Shown piece by piece: positions 1 to 9,151 of a stretch of DNA of 22,220 nucleotides. Source of the stretch: Candidatus Heimdallarchaeota archaeon. GTDB lineage: Archaea; Asgardarchaeota; Heimdallarchaeia; Heimdallarchaeales; Heimdallarchaeaceae. The DNA lies in NCBI GenBank assembly GCA_016840095.1, contig JAEOSZ010000043.1, forward strand, positions 1 to 22,220, in the 5' to 3' direction. The notes under the pieces were generated by a model. It saw only the letters and a program-made list of their open reading frames with translations. It did no database searches and was not told where the DNA came from. Position 1 is the first letter of the stretch; the number at the start of each line of letters is the position of its first letter. Position numbers and translations under genes: made by a program.

Positions 1-48
1 AAGATCATGAAGCTTCTTCAATGCTTTATCAACAATATCTTGAGACAT
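1..48 (-). CDS. 5' end of a gene running off the left edge (MSQDIVDKALKKLHDL...), product unknown
   Basis: ATG on the minus strand at 48-46 with an open frame to position 1; divergent from the SDR gene across an AT-rich spacer. Only 16 codons are visible. Confidence 0.45.
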   Translation of the reverse strand, partial: MSQDIVDKALKKLHDL

Positions 49-153
49 TTAATATCAAATGTCTTAAGATTAAAAATAATATAAACATATTCAAACGAAG
101 ATATTAACCAAAATTTGAAATAGATTTAAAATCAAGGAGTTTTTTAGTAAATT

Positions 154-990
154 ATGGATTTAGATCTTCATGATAAACACATTCTAGTAACTGGAGGAAC
201 TGGAGGAATTGGCAGAGCAATTGTTGAACAACTAGTTGAAGAAGGTGTCAAAATAACAATTCACTATCATACCAATCAAGATAAAGCAACAGAAGTAAAA
301 GAAAAACACAATTCACGTCAAATTAAGGTTATTCAAGGTGATTTGCGTAAAGAAGAGGATGTTATTAATCTCTTCCAGAAAGCATCTAAAGTTTTTGGAA
401 GAATTGATGGATTAGTTGCGAATGCTGGTATCTGGAGTTCTGAATCAACTCTTACAGCTGATTTAGGCTTAGAGCAATGGAATAATATCTTGAATGTTAA
501 CCTAACTGGAGTATTCCTATGTGTTAGAAGTTTTTTTAGAAATCTGCTAAAGTTTCCTGGAAAGAATGCTTCATTGGTTCTTATTGGTTCAACTGCAGGA
601 TACTTTGGTGAAGCTGGTCATTCAGATTATTCAGCCTCTAAAGCTGCTTTAATGTATGGATTGACAAAAACATGGAAGAATGAGATAGTTCATTATGCTG
701 AACTAGGAAGAGTAAATTCTATTGGACCAGGTTGGGTAATAACAGATATGGCAATGAAGTCATTAGAAGATAATGAGAAAGTCAAGAAAATTCTACAAAC
801 TATTCCATTACAGAAAATAGCAACTGCTTCAGATGTAGCAAGTACTGTTTTATTCCTGTTATCTGACAAAGTTTCCGGGCACCTAAGCGGAGAATCTATA
901 TTGTTAAGCGGAGGAATGGAAGGAAGGGTTCTTGTAGATAAATCTGAAGTTGATTTGAGTTTTTTTGATAGTTTATCCAAAGAAAGCTGA
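154..990 (+). CDS. Classical short-chain dehydrogenase/reductase (FabG-like SDR)
   Basis: TGGTGGIG Rossmann motif, NAG motif, catalytic YSASK (YxxxK), PG motif and C-terminal SGESILLSGG. GGAG RBS-like sequence upstream. Confidence 0.95.
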   Translation: MDLDLHDKHILVTGGTGGIGRAIVEQLVEEGVKITIHYHTNQDKATEVKEKHNSRQIKVIQGDLRKEEDVINLFQKASKVFGRIDGLVANAGIWSSESTLTADLGLEQWNNILNVNLTGVFLCVRSFFRNLLKFPGKNASLVLIGSTAGYFGEAGHSDYSASKAALMYGLTKTWKNEIVHYAELGRVNSIGPGWVITDMAMKSLEDNEKVKKILQTIPLQKIATASDVASTVLFLLSDKVSGHLSGESILLSGGMEGRVLVDKSEVDLSFFDSLSKES

Positions 991-1040
991 ATTATATATC
1001 AATAGTAATGCTTTTCTTTGTATAGTTTATTTTCCTTATA

Positions 1041-1760
1041 ATGTCTGAGTCTTTACCATTTGTGGATGTTAAATCCAATTACCTCAAAGTATTAGATAAA
1101 ATAGAAAAGAGTGCTAAAATTTCAGGTAGAGACGAAACAGATATCAAACTAGTTGGTGTTACTAAAAGAATACCCTTAGAAAGAATCAGACCTGCATTAG
1201 ATGCTGGTTTAAGTATAATTGGTGAAATAACTGGAACCCAACTAAAGAAGAAATTACCAAGTATTAGAAAATACTCTACATCTGTTAATATTCATATCAT
1301 CAGCAATATGCAATCAAATAAGGTAAAATTTTCAGTTGAAAGATGTGATTTGATACAGAGTGTGAGAAGAGAAAAAATCTTGTCTATGATAAATTATTAT
1401 GCACAGAAATTAGACAGAATCTATCCAGTATTAATTCAAGTTGATTTCAGTTCAATACTCAAAAAGAAAGGGTTGAACTATCAAGAAACTCTGAAACTCC
1501 TTGGAATAGCTAAAAACTATTCTAATGTAGAAGTTCAAGGCATTATGACAATTGCTCCATTCGAGTACTCACAAGAAAAGACTCTACTAACTAAGTTTTT
1601 TGAGAAAACCAGATCATTTTTTGAGAAGGAAATTAAGCCTTTGATAACTTGTGATGTTCCTATTCTATCTATGGGTATGTCCAGTAACTTTGAACTAGCC
1701 ATAGAATATGGTTCCAATCTTGTAAGAATAGGTACAGCTATTTTTGGACCTAGAATCTAA
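1041..1760 (+). CDS. yggS: YggS/PLPBP (PROSC) family PLP-binding protein, divergent
   Basis: LVGVTK (PLP-binding Lys), QSNKVK, VLIQV, QGIMTIAP and LSMGMSSNFELAIEYGSNLVRIGTAIFG match family signatures. Confidence 0.93.
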   Translation: MSESLPFVDVKSNYLKVLDKIEKSAKISGRDETDIKLVGVTKRIPLERIRPALDAGLSIIGEITGTQLKKKLPSIRKYSTSVNIHIISNMQSNKVKFSVERCDLIQSVRREKILSMINYYAQKLDRIYPVLIQVDFSSILKKKGLNYQETLKLLGIAKNYSNVEVQGIMTIAPFEYSQEKTLLTKFFEKTRSFFEKEIKPLITCDVPILSMGMSSNFELAIEYGSNLVRIGTAIFGPRI

Positions 1761-1830
1761 TTGTCCATTTGAATAGTTTAGATGTATTTAAAAGTGAGTA
1801 CAAGAAAAGTAGAGTTGGATACTCGTTAAG

Positions 1831-3024
1831 GTGAACATTTTGGCTTTATGGCGATTAATTAAAAATTCTGTGCGATTTGCATTTCGTGCAAAACGCAGAT
1901 GGATAACCTTTGTAATTATATTTGCATTTCTTTCTGCTTTTATTACTCTCTTTGTTGGGGCTTTTAATCAATATTCAACAGAACAACTTCTCAATCAGAA
2001 GGGTTTCTATGTAAAAGCAACCGATGAAGGAACTGTTACTGAAGCAGAAGGACTTAATCTCAAAACACAAATTGAAGCATTACCAGAGGTGGAAAAAGTA
2101 GCTCTTTTCAGATACTTTGACCTTGGTGATTACATCAGGGTGTATGGAGTTGATCCAGCATCAAAGTGGATGTATGGTGATGCGAAACCGTCATTTCTTA
2201 GAACTGGCAAGTATATAGAACAGCAAGGAGAAGCACTTGTATCAATAAACGCAACAATTAGAGCAGATGTAGGAACTATTCTTGGAAACGTTAGTGCAAC
2301 TCTTCAAAAAGGTGATTTACTAGTGTTTGAAAATTCTACAAGACTTGCATTCAATGTTGTAGGTGAGATAACTGATCTTATTTTTACCCAAGATAAATTG
2401 AAGATATTTGTTACTGATACAGACTTTGATTTACTCTATTCAGATTTTGGCAGTGGTATAACAAAATACTGTCATAGTATTTCTGTAACTGTATTAGGAA
2501 AATTATACAGTCCGTTTGACAAAGAAATTTATAACAATATGATGGCTCTTTATGGATCATCACCTTTGTCTGTACTTGTTGAAAATCCAACATACGGAGA
2601 TTGGGGAGATCCTATAGCTCAGGATCCTAACGTTTCTAGAAGAGATAGAGCCACTAGAATGCTATACTTCATTTTCGGGGTTGTAGGAGGAATTTTACTT
2701 ACAGTCTTATACAATTTTCTGATTGTATGGTTTAGACGAAGAGAAGTTGCAGTTCTTAGAGCGATGGGATATGAAAAAGGTGAAATTCGGATCAACCTCT
2801 TAGGAGAAAGCTTCACGATTAGTTTTGTTGGATATATACTTGGTATACTGTCAATAATAATTTATTATGCAGCCCGAGGAATGACTTTTACTAACCAACT
2901 ATTAGCTTGGCAAACACTTCTTGTTTCGTTCAGTATTGTAGTTTTACTTACAATACCAGGTTTACTATTATCCAGTTTATCTTTTGTAAGAGTATCTCCA
3001 GTAATATTATTCAAGGCTAGGTGA
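1831..3024 (+). CDS. MacB/FtsX-like (type VII) ABC transporter permease
   Basis: N-terminal TM helix, about 230-aa extracytoplasmic domain, then three TM helices with RRREVAVLRAMGY; GTG start; directly upstream of a matching ATPase. Confidence 0.88.
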   Translation: MNILALWRLIKNSVRFAFRAKRRWITFVIIFAFLSAFITLFVGAFNQYSTEQLLNQKGFYVKATDEGTVTEAEGLNLKTQIEALPEVEKVALFRYFDLGDYIRVYGVDPASKWMYGDAKPSFLRTGKYIEQQGEALVSINATIRADVGTILGNVSATLQKGDLLVFENSTRLAFNVVGEITDLIFTQDKLKIFVTDTDFDLLYSDFGSGITKYCHSISVTVLGKLYSPFDKEIYNNMMALYGSSPLSVLVENPTYGDWGDPIAQDPNVSRRDRATRMLYFIFGVVGGILLTVLYNFLIVWFRRREVAVLRAMGYEKGEIRINLLGESFTISFVGYILGILSIIIYYAARGMTFTNQLLAWQTLLVSFSIVVLLTIPGLLLSSLSFVRVSPVILFKAR

Positions 3025-3030
3025 AAAAAG

Positions 3031-3783
3031 ATGTCAGATGCAATATTAAAAATGGATAAAGTGACCAAAATCTACAAACAAGGAAGATCTGAAATTGTTA
3101 GAGCTCTAGATAAAGTAAGTCTTGAAATTAATCAAGGTGAAATACTTATGGTTGTTGGACCTAGTGGAAGTGGAAAAACAACTATGCTCAATTGCCTATC
3201 TGGTCTTGATAAACCAACAAGTGGAAAGATACTCTTTAACACAGCAAGAGCTGGTGAAGGATTCAAATATATGGCAGAAAAAGACGAAGAGACTCCTAGA
3301 AGATCAATGTCAAACATGGTGGATTTAACAGCATGGGATCAGAAACAGCTCACAGCATATCGACGACACAATGTCGGTTTTGTCTTTCAAGCTTGGGAAC
3401 TTATCCCTACTCTAAAAGCTATAGAAAATGTGGAATCAAGCCTTTACACTTCTAGAATACCAACACCTGAGATTAGAGAAAAAGCTAAAAGACTACTAAG
3501 AAAAGTAGGATTACTAGACAAAGAATTCTCTTACCCTGACCAGTTAAGTGGGGGCGAACAACAAAGAGTTGCAATTTGTAGAGCACTGATAAAAGAGCCT
3601 AGAATTGTTTTTGCTGACGAACCAACAGGCAATCTTGATAGTGAATCTGGTGAGCAAATAATGAGACAAATGAAATTAATTTCTAGAGAAGGAGCAGCAG
3701 TAATTATAGCAACTCACAATAGTGAATTAAGGAAATTTGCTGACAGAATGGTTAAAATTCACGATGGAGAAATAACATATTAG
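3031..3783 (+). CDS. ABC ATP-binding protein, LolD/MacB/FtsE-like, with an internal insertion
   Basis: Walker [10 protein letters not shown]-loop GFVFQ, signature LSGGEQQR, Walker B/D-loop [11 protein letters not shown]-loop ATHN; GGTGA RBS upstream. Confidence 0.95.
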   Translation: MSDAILKMDKVTKIYKQGRSEIVRALDKVSLEINQGEILMVVGPSGSGKTTMLNCLSGLDKPTSGKILFNTARAGEGFKYMAEKDEETPRRSMSNMVDLTAWDQKQLTAYRRHNVGFVFQAWELIPTLKAIENVESSLYTSRIPTPEIREKAKRLLRKVGLLDKEFSYPDQLSGGEQQRVAICRALIKEPRIVFADEPTGNLDSESGEQIMRQMKLISREGAAVIIATHNSELRKFADRMVKIHDGEITY

Positions 3784-3788
3784 GAGGA

Positions 3789-5411
3789 ATGAAATTGGCA
3801 AACGAAATTTTCATGGATTTAATTTCTTCAGAATTTTCTGGAGATGAAGCAGACAAAGTTGAATATTCATCTCTTGTAGGCTATGCATTAGATAGTATTA
3901 AACGCAAAGAAAACCTTGAAGCAATTTACAAGTGTTATGTACCGTTTTACGCATTGAAAGTAAATGAAGGGAACTATATTGTCGTAAATGCTCTTAGAAC
4001 AGATAAAAGTAAGTTGACTGTAAGTAAAGTACCTACTGTTGCTGATATCAAACCTGTTCTAAATGAAGATTATTCTTCTTTGGAAAATCTATACAAAGCA
4101 ATCGAATCAAATTTGATTTCGAAAAGTGTTCATACAGTTGAAATGAGTGGAGCCTTAGTGAAGAAATCTGTTGAAGGAATGGCTAAAATGATTGCTCATC
4201 ATAATTCTTCCAGAGATTCAAAATTTAAGAAATTAACACCTCTAGTAAATCGAGAAGATGTAAAGAGAGATGTTGCAACTATAAGTAAATTCGCAATCAC
4301 AGATCATGAACTTGAAACAGAGCTAAACATACTCTTTGATGAAATCGAGAAGTTTCTCAAGGAAAAAATTGTTGAAAAGAAGAGAAATAAAAGCCAAACA
4401 GAAGAAGAATATAGTAGAAAAATGGAAGAAACCAAGAGAGAAGGAGAAAGAAGAATCAAAGAGATTGAGGAAGAAGAGAAAACAGAAAAAAGGAAAATTG
4501 ATGACCAAGCAGATAAGGAAAGAAGAGAGCAGCTTGTTTCTGTTAGAGATAGCAAAAGATGGAACCAAATGAAGAAGGATATTTCTGCATTAGAGGAAAC
4601 CTATGCTAAATTACTCTCAAGTACAGATCAACTAAGCTCTGGTGATCAGTTCGATGTTATATTAACTCGAATTAGAGCCGTTCAAGATGAAACTCAAGCT
4701 TTTGGAACTGGTTTAAATACTGCTGTTTCTGAAATTGAATTTAGACAGAATGAATATGAGGATATTCGTCATCAAGCTGATGTAGATAAAAGGAATGTAT
4801 CTGATAGAATGAATACCATGAAAGAAGATATTCGAAGACAGTATGTTGATTTAGAACTAGAAAAGAATCGAGAAGTTCAGTTGAGAGAAGATGACATTCA
4901 ACTCGCTCAGGATATAAGTGTAAGATTTAATTCAAATCGACAAAACTTGATGAAAAAAATCAAGAATAATTATATTATGTTTTCAGCATATTCTCTTTCA
5001 TCCGAATTACTAGGTGCAACTCATTCAGATCAGTTGATAACATTGAATGTTCCTGTAGCAATTTGCCAATATAAAGAAAGAACTAAACTAGACTATCTTG
5101 TTATTCCTCCAATTGAGATTTCGGAAAGAATGAAAAAGCCAAGATTATTGCCTGTTCACGGACTATATGGCAGAATAGGATTTGATTGTATTGCGAGCGA
5201 AGCTCTTTCGTTTCTTAAAAAACCTCTAGAGAACCTTTTATCTTCAAACCAAGGACTTCAAGCGGAAATTCAAGGAGATAATAACGAAGTTATTGGAACA
5301 GGAGATTTATCTCTTTTAAATGCAGGATTAACCATTTTAGAACAGCGAAAGAAATTACCTAAAAAATATTCAGATGAGATTGTAGCTCGATCGAGAACAA
5401 TTCTCTCTTAA
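3789..5411 (+). CDS. Uncharacterised cytoplasmic protein with a long central coiled coil flanked by globular domains
   Basis: 540-aa ORF 5 nt after the ATPase stop; E/K/R-rich helical region at about aa 170-390; no signal peptide or TM segment. GGAGG spacing favours TTG at 3795 as an alternative start. Confidence 0.85.
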   Translation: MKLANEIFMDLISSEFSGDEADKVEYSSLVGYALDSIKRKENLEAIYKCYVPFYALKVNEGNYIVVNALRTDKSKLTVSKVPTVADIKPVLNEDYSSLENLYKAIESNLISKSVHTVEMSGALVKKSVEGMAKMIAHHNSSRDSKFKKLTPLVNREDVKRDVATISKFAITDHELETELNILFDEIEKFLKEKIVEKKRNKSQTEEEYSRKMEETKREGERRIKEIEEEEKTEKRKIDDQADKERREQLVSVRDSKRWNQMKKDISALEETYAKLLSSTDQLSSGDQFDVILTRIRAVQDETQAFGTGLNTAVSEIEFRQNEYEDIRHQADVDKRNVSDRMNTMKEDIRRQYVDLELEKNREVQLREDDIQLAQDISVRFNSNRQNLMKKIKNNYIMFSAYSLSSELLGATHSDQLITLNVPVAICQYKERTKLDYLVIPPIEISERMKKPRLLPVHGLYGRIGFDCIASEALSFLKKPLENLLSSNQGLQAEIQGDNNEVIGTGDLSLLNAGLTILEQRKKLPKKYSDEIVARSRTILS

Positions 5412-5419
5412 TCCTTTCT

Positions 5420-8400
5420 TTATTGTTTTTCATCAGGTATTGCTGTAGGGTATTCTGATAACCTGAATAAAGCTTCTTTTATTGTTTCAGATAGATCGAT
5501 GATATTGGTATCTCCATTTTCGATAAGATACGAGATAACTGATTTCATTCCTTCAAGAACTGGACCTGTATTCTCATCAAATTTCATTCGTGCAACAAAA
5601 CCTACAATATCACTCATGACTATTAAACGATCACGATATTCATCCATATATTTGTTATAATTAGGTTCTAAGTACAACCTGACTTCCCAATCCTTTGGAT
5701 GGCTTACTACTGATACATTTGGAAACTTGAGAACATTAAGAACATCTGCCTTAGTTGCGTATATTTCTTTAGGTAAAGCTCCTAAAACAATATAATAGCC
5801 GTTAATATCACTTGACAATTCTAGATCATTTTTAACAAATAAAGTGCTTGTTAATCGTCCATAAGTATTGATCATTTTTGTGAATGTGTTCCCTAAAACT
5901 CTCATATTAAGGTAAAGGTTATTCTCAAATTCCTTTCGAGATCTACTTTTACTCCAAGCTCTTAGAACAGAATCTGCTACTTTCCTTTCTCCACTTATCA
6001 TCTGATTATATGAATCGTCAATAACATACTCAGGGATTCTGTGATATAGTAATATCGAGATAGCTATTTCCATGAAGTTCTTTGGTAATTCTGCAATTTC
6101 TTTTGGATTAAGTCGATTTACTGTTTCAATTATCTCTCTCAGACTTTGCTGTTCAGATATTGTGAATCTTCCATATTCAAGTTTCTGTATCTTAAAAACA
6201 TCTCCAACCCATTTGGGAGCGTTTCTACCTACTTCTGATAAATGAGATGACAAGTCTACACTTACATCCTTTGACCAGCTTTCAACCATCTTTGTCATCT
6301 GATCATTTAATGGATTCCAGTTCTTGATAAGCATCCTTTTTATATACTTCAAATCCTTTAGGGATTTACTATAAAGCCTCATTGCTTTCTTCTTATAATT
6401 TAAGTCATTTTTTCTTAATTTCGAAAAGCCGGAGAGAAGCTCTTGTAGGTTTTTGTGAATTTTCGGAGCATGAATATTCCAGCTTTCCTGACATCTCTCG
6501 TGGAAATTCTTTCCTTTGAATCTTTGGGGAATATCCTGAATTACTGGAAACGATGGAAAGCTGTTTTGTATATCTGGTAATCTCTGAGCTGGAGTAAGAT
6601 TCCCAGACATCTCTCTATTAAAAATAGTAATTAGAGTGTCTAATTGGCTGTAAACTTCTCCTTCAAAATGAAACATCTTTTGAAGATATGAACTTATCAT
6701 TCCTCTGAGAATAGCTTTAGAATATGCTCTTTTGAGAATTTTTGTATTTATCAAACAACTAGTTAAAAATTCTGCATCAGCTTCTGCATCTCTGAGAGGT
6801 ATGATGTTATTTGAGAGATTAACAGCAACGTTTTGTTTTTGTAACAATTCAGTAGACGAAATATTTCTACCATCAAAACGTAATTTTGTTCCTTTAAAGA
6901 ACGATTTCTTCAATTGAACAGGGACTGAATCAACATATGCCTTTACTTCTCCTTCATCTATAGCTGAAGCTATGAGGTCTCTTGAACCTAAACTCATTTG
7001 TTTTTTTGTTTCATAATCCCTATCTTTTAGATCCTCTGCGGTTTTCGATAGGATATTAACAAAAACTGTCTGAGGAGCAATTTTTCTAAATGAATTGACC
7101 ATGAAAGAGAATATATCTCCTAAACTTGCATTAAATAACTGATCTTTTACAATCTTTTCAAGTGTTGTAATAATTGCTCTTTCTAATGCACTTGCAAAAA
7201 GAACTGATTCTTCAATATTTGAAAGTTGAAGTTGTTTTCCAACACCCATTTTTGTAAATCTCTCTGTTAACTGCTTTTGCCACTTTGGTTGTAAAACTGT
7301 CAATTTAGAAAGACGATCTTTTAGTATATTTCTCTTAAACTGGATTGAGGTTTCACTAGAAGATTCTGCTTTCTTTTTTGAAGACATTTTCCTCTCATCT
7401 ATTATTGAAAAAGTGAAATCGACTATAGCATTCCAAATACTAGGTGGTAGTTTCTTACCAATGAAAGGTTTGATGAGTTCACTATAGAACAATCTAGCAC
7501 TTTGCAATGCTAGTGGAGTAACATCATCAATTAATGCATCACATACCATAGAACCTGGATCTGGAACTTCGGTTGCTATGCTTATCTGATTTTGAATTGA
7601 AGAGTATAGATTTACATCTCTAAAATCGATTAAAGAGAAGAGTGGATCATCTTTGGCAACACTGTAAATTACTTCTTTTGCTAAGTTGTGTGCAATAAAA
7701 GAACTTGCAGAATGAATTTCATCAATAGATAGTTTCTTCAGTTCTGATGTAACTTTTTTACCCATCTTCTTGGAGAGATATTTGTCAATAAGCTCTTGAG
7801 GTTTAACATCTTTAGCTTTGAGACTTTTTTCTATAGTATTTCGAATTTCTTCAATTGCAAATCTTGGTCTTTCATATTCAATAAGTACAAAAGGATCGTC
7901 TGTAATGATTTGGTTTAAGATATCTTGTGCTACCATTTGAACTAGAAGCTGACGCTTGAATGGTATCATAGCACCCTTTTCCCATGAGTGTTCATCCTCT
8001 CCAAGCCAAGCTTTCAAATCTTTGAGTTGTGCTATTGTTGGAAACTTTATTGGATCGGTTTCAAGAATTTTAACATTTTTAGTAATTAATTCGACCAATC
8101 CTTTATTGCTAGTTGATACAGAAACTTTCTGTTTCGCTATTGTGCAAGCTTTGAGAAAAGCTTTTGAGACATAGTCTGGGGAAATCATCTTTCCTGAAGC
8201 CATGTTCTGATGAAAATTGGGAGTTAAAACGATAAACCTACAGAAGGATAAAGCTAACTCCTGAACAAGTTGTTCGTCAGTTTTACTAAGTTTTCCTGCT
8301 TGGTCTGATTTTAACACATATTGAACTACAACATTATCTGCTTCTTCAGCCAGGGTGAATGTGCCAAATTTAACATATTCGTTTTCACCGGTCATAAATT

Positions 8401-8572
8401 GGGAGTTGGTTACTTCCACTTCTGTAGTCATTAATGTTTGTAGGGATAATAGAATACCTTGCATCATACTAGAATCTTTAGCAAGGCTTCCAATAGTTGC
8501 AAAACTAATTCCTGCATCGCTTCCAGCTGAAATCCATAAATTATAGGGAAAATGTTTAGACATAGACCTCAC
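5420..8572 (-). CDS. Large hypothetical protein with a putative N-terminal longin-like domain and a largely alpha-helical body
   Basis: 1050-aa uninterrupted ORF (GTG at 8572, or ATG at 8563). The N-terminal pattern resembles beta-beta-alpha-beta-beta-beta-alpha. The CDS is secure; the domain call is an inference. Confidence 0.8.
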   Translation of the reverse strand: MRSMSKHFPYNLWISAGSDAGISFATIGSLAKDSSMMQGILLSLQTLMTTEVEVTNSQFMTGENEYVKFGTFTLAEEADNVVVQYVLKSDQAGKLSKTDEQLVQELALSFCRFIVLTPNFHQNMASGKMISPDYVSKAFLKACTIAKQKVSVSTSNKGLVELITKNVKILETDPIKFPTIAQLKDLKAWLGEDEHSWEKGAMIPFKRQLLVQMVAQDILNQIITDDPFVLIEYERPRFAIEEIRNTIEKSLKAKDVKPQELIDKYLSKKMGKKVTSELKKLSIDEIHSASSFIAHNLAKEVIYSVAKDDPLFSLIDFRDVNLYSSIQNQISIATEVPDPGSMVCDALIDDVTPLALQSARLFYSELIKPFIGKKLPPSIWNAIVDFTFSIIDERKMSSKKKAESSSETSIQFKRNILKDRLSKLTVLQPKWQKQLTERFTKMGVGKQLQLSNIEESVLFASALERAIITTLEKIVKDQLFNASLGDIFSFMVNSFRKIAPQTVFVNILSKTAEDLKDRDYETKKQMSLGSRDLIASAIDEGEVKAYVDSVPVQLKKSFFKGTKLRFDGRNISSTELLQKQNVAVNLSNNIIPLRDAEADAEFLTSCLINTKILKRAYSKAILRGMISSYLQKMFHFEGEVYSQLDTLITIFNREMSGNLTPAQRLPDIQNSFPSFPVIQDIPQRFKGKNFHERCQESWNIHAPKIHKNLQELLSGFSKLRKNDLNYKKKAMRLYSKSLKDLKYIKRMLIKNWNPLNDQMTKMVESWSKDVSVDLSSHLSEVGRNAPKWVGDVFKIQKLEYGRFTISEQQSLREIIETVNRLNPKEIAELPKNFMEIAISILLYHRIPEYVIDDSYNQMISGERKVADSVLRAWSKSRSRKEFENNLYLNMRVLGNTFTKMINTYGRLTSTLFVKNDLELSSDINGYYIVLGALPKEIYATKADVLNVLKFPNVSVVSHPKDWEVRLYLEPNYNKYMDEYRDRLIVMSDIVGFVARMKFDENTGPVLEGMKSVISYLIENGDTNIIDLSETIKEALFRLSEYPTAIPDEKQ

Positions 8573-8767
8573 ACATTATACTTTGTAATTATACGCTCTC
8601 AATTCTTATTCTTTGTATTCTTTAATATTGTTTTGCGTTATGGTAATACAAAAGAACAATGTTAAGGAAAATATATTAAAGTTCTTATTCGTTTCGATAA
8701 CAGAAAGTTTAAGAATTGAAGCTTCAAAAGTTTGAATAATTAACTTATTAATTTACGTGAGTTCAAG

Positions 8768-9082
8768 ATGAGCGAAACCACAACAACTGTCCGAATAAGG
8801 CGATTAGTGCTCGATGTTTTAAAACCTCATCAACCAAGAATTGATGTTTTGGCATATGCTGTAGCTGAATTAAATGGTGTTGATTCTGTCAATATCACAA
8901 GAACAGAAACCGATTCAAGCACAGAAGGAATAATAGTAACTATTGTAGGCGATAATTTAGTCTACAAAGATATTGAAGATGTATTAAGAGATTATGGTTC
9001 CTCAATTCATTCAGTAGATGAAGTAGTAGCTGGAGAACAGATAATAGACACTGTGATAATTCCGGTTGAAGAAGAAAGGTAA
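8768..9082 (+). CDS. DUF211 family protein (COG1888, MTH889-like)
   Basis: IRRLVLDVLKPHQP and GSSIHSVDEVVAG are characteristic of this archaeal family. Confidence 0.92.
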   Translation: MSETTTTVRIRRLVLDVLKPHQPRIDVLAYAVAELNGVDSVNITRTETDSSTEGIIVTIVGDNLVYKDIEDVLRDYGSSIHSVDEVVAGEQIIDTVIIPVEEER

Positions 9083-9084
9083 TT

Positions 9085-9151
9085 CAGAGAACTTTCTCTG
9101 TGAGAACAACGTGTTTGCCAAAGCTATAGAATAAATGTAAGTTGTACATTT
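9085..9151. terminator. Two short inverted repeats in the convergent DUF211/iorB gap, possibly terminator elements
   Basis: CAGAGAA-ct-TTCTCTG (9085-9100) and AAATGTA-agttg-TACATTT (9133-9151), each abutting one of the two stop codons. Confidence 0.3.

Noticed and set aside
4304-4572. Three short overlapping alternative ORFs (Ser/Phe/Leu-rich or Lys-rich)
   Set aside because: Shadow frames of the purine-rich E/K/R coiled-coil coding region, which lacks stops in other frames.
3789-5411. SMC/Rad50 or ESCRT-III/PspA assignment for the coiled-coil protein
   Set aside because: No Walker A/B, signature or zinc-hook motif; the length and flanking beta domains do not fit ESCRT-III/PspA.
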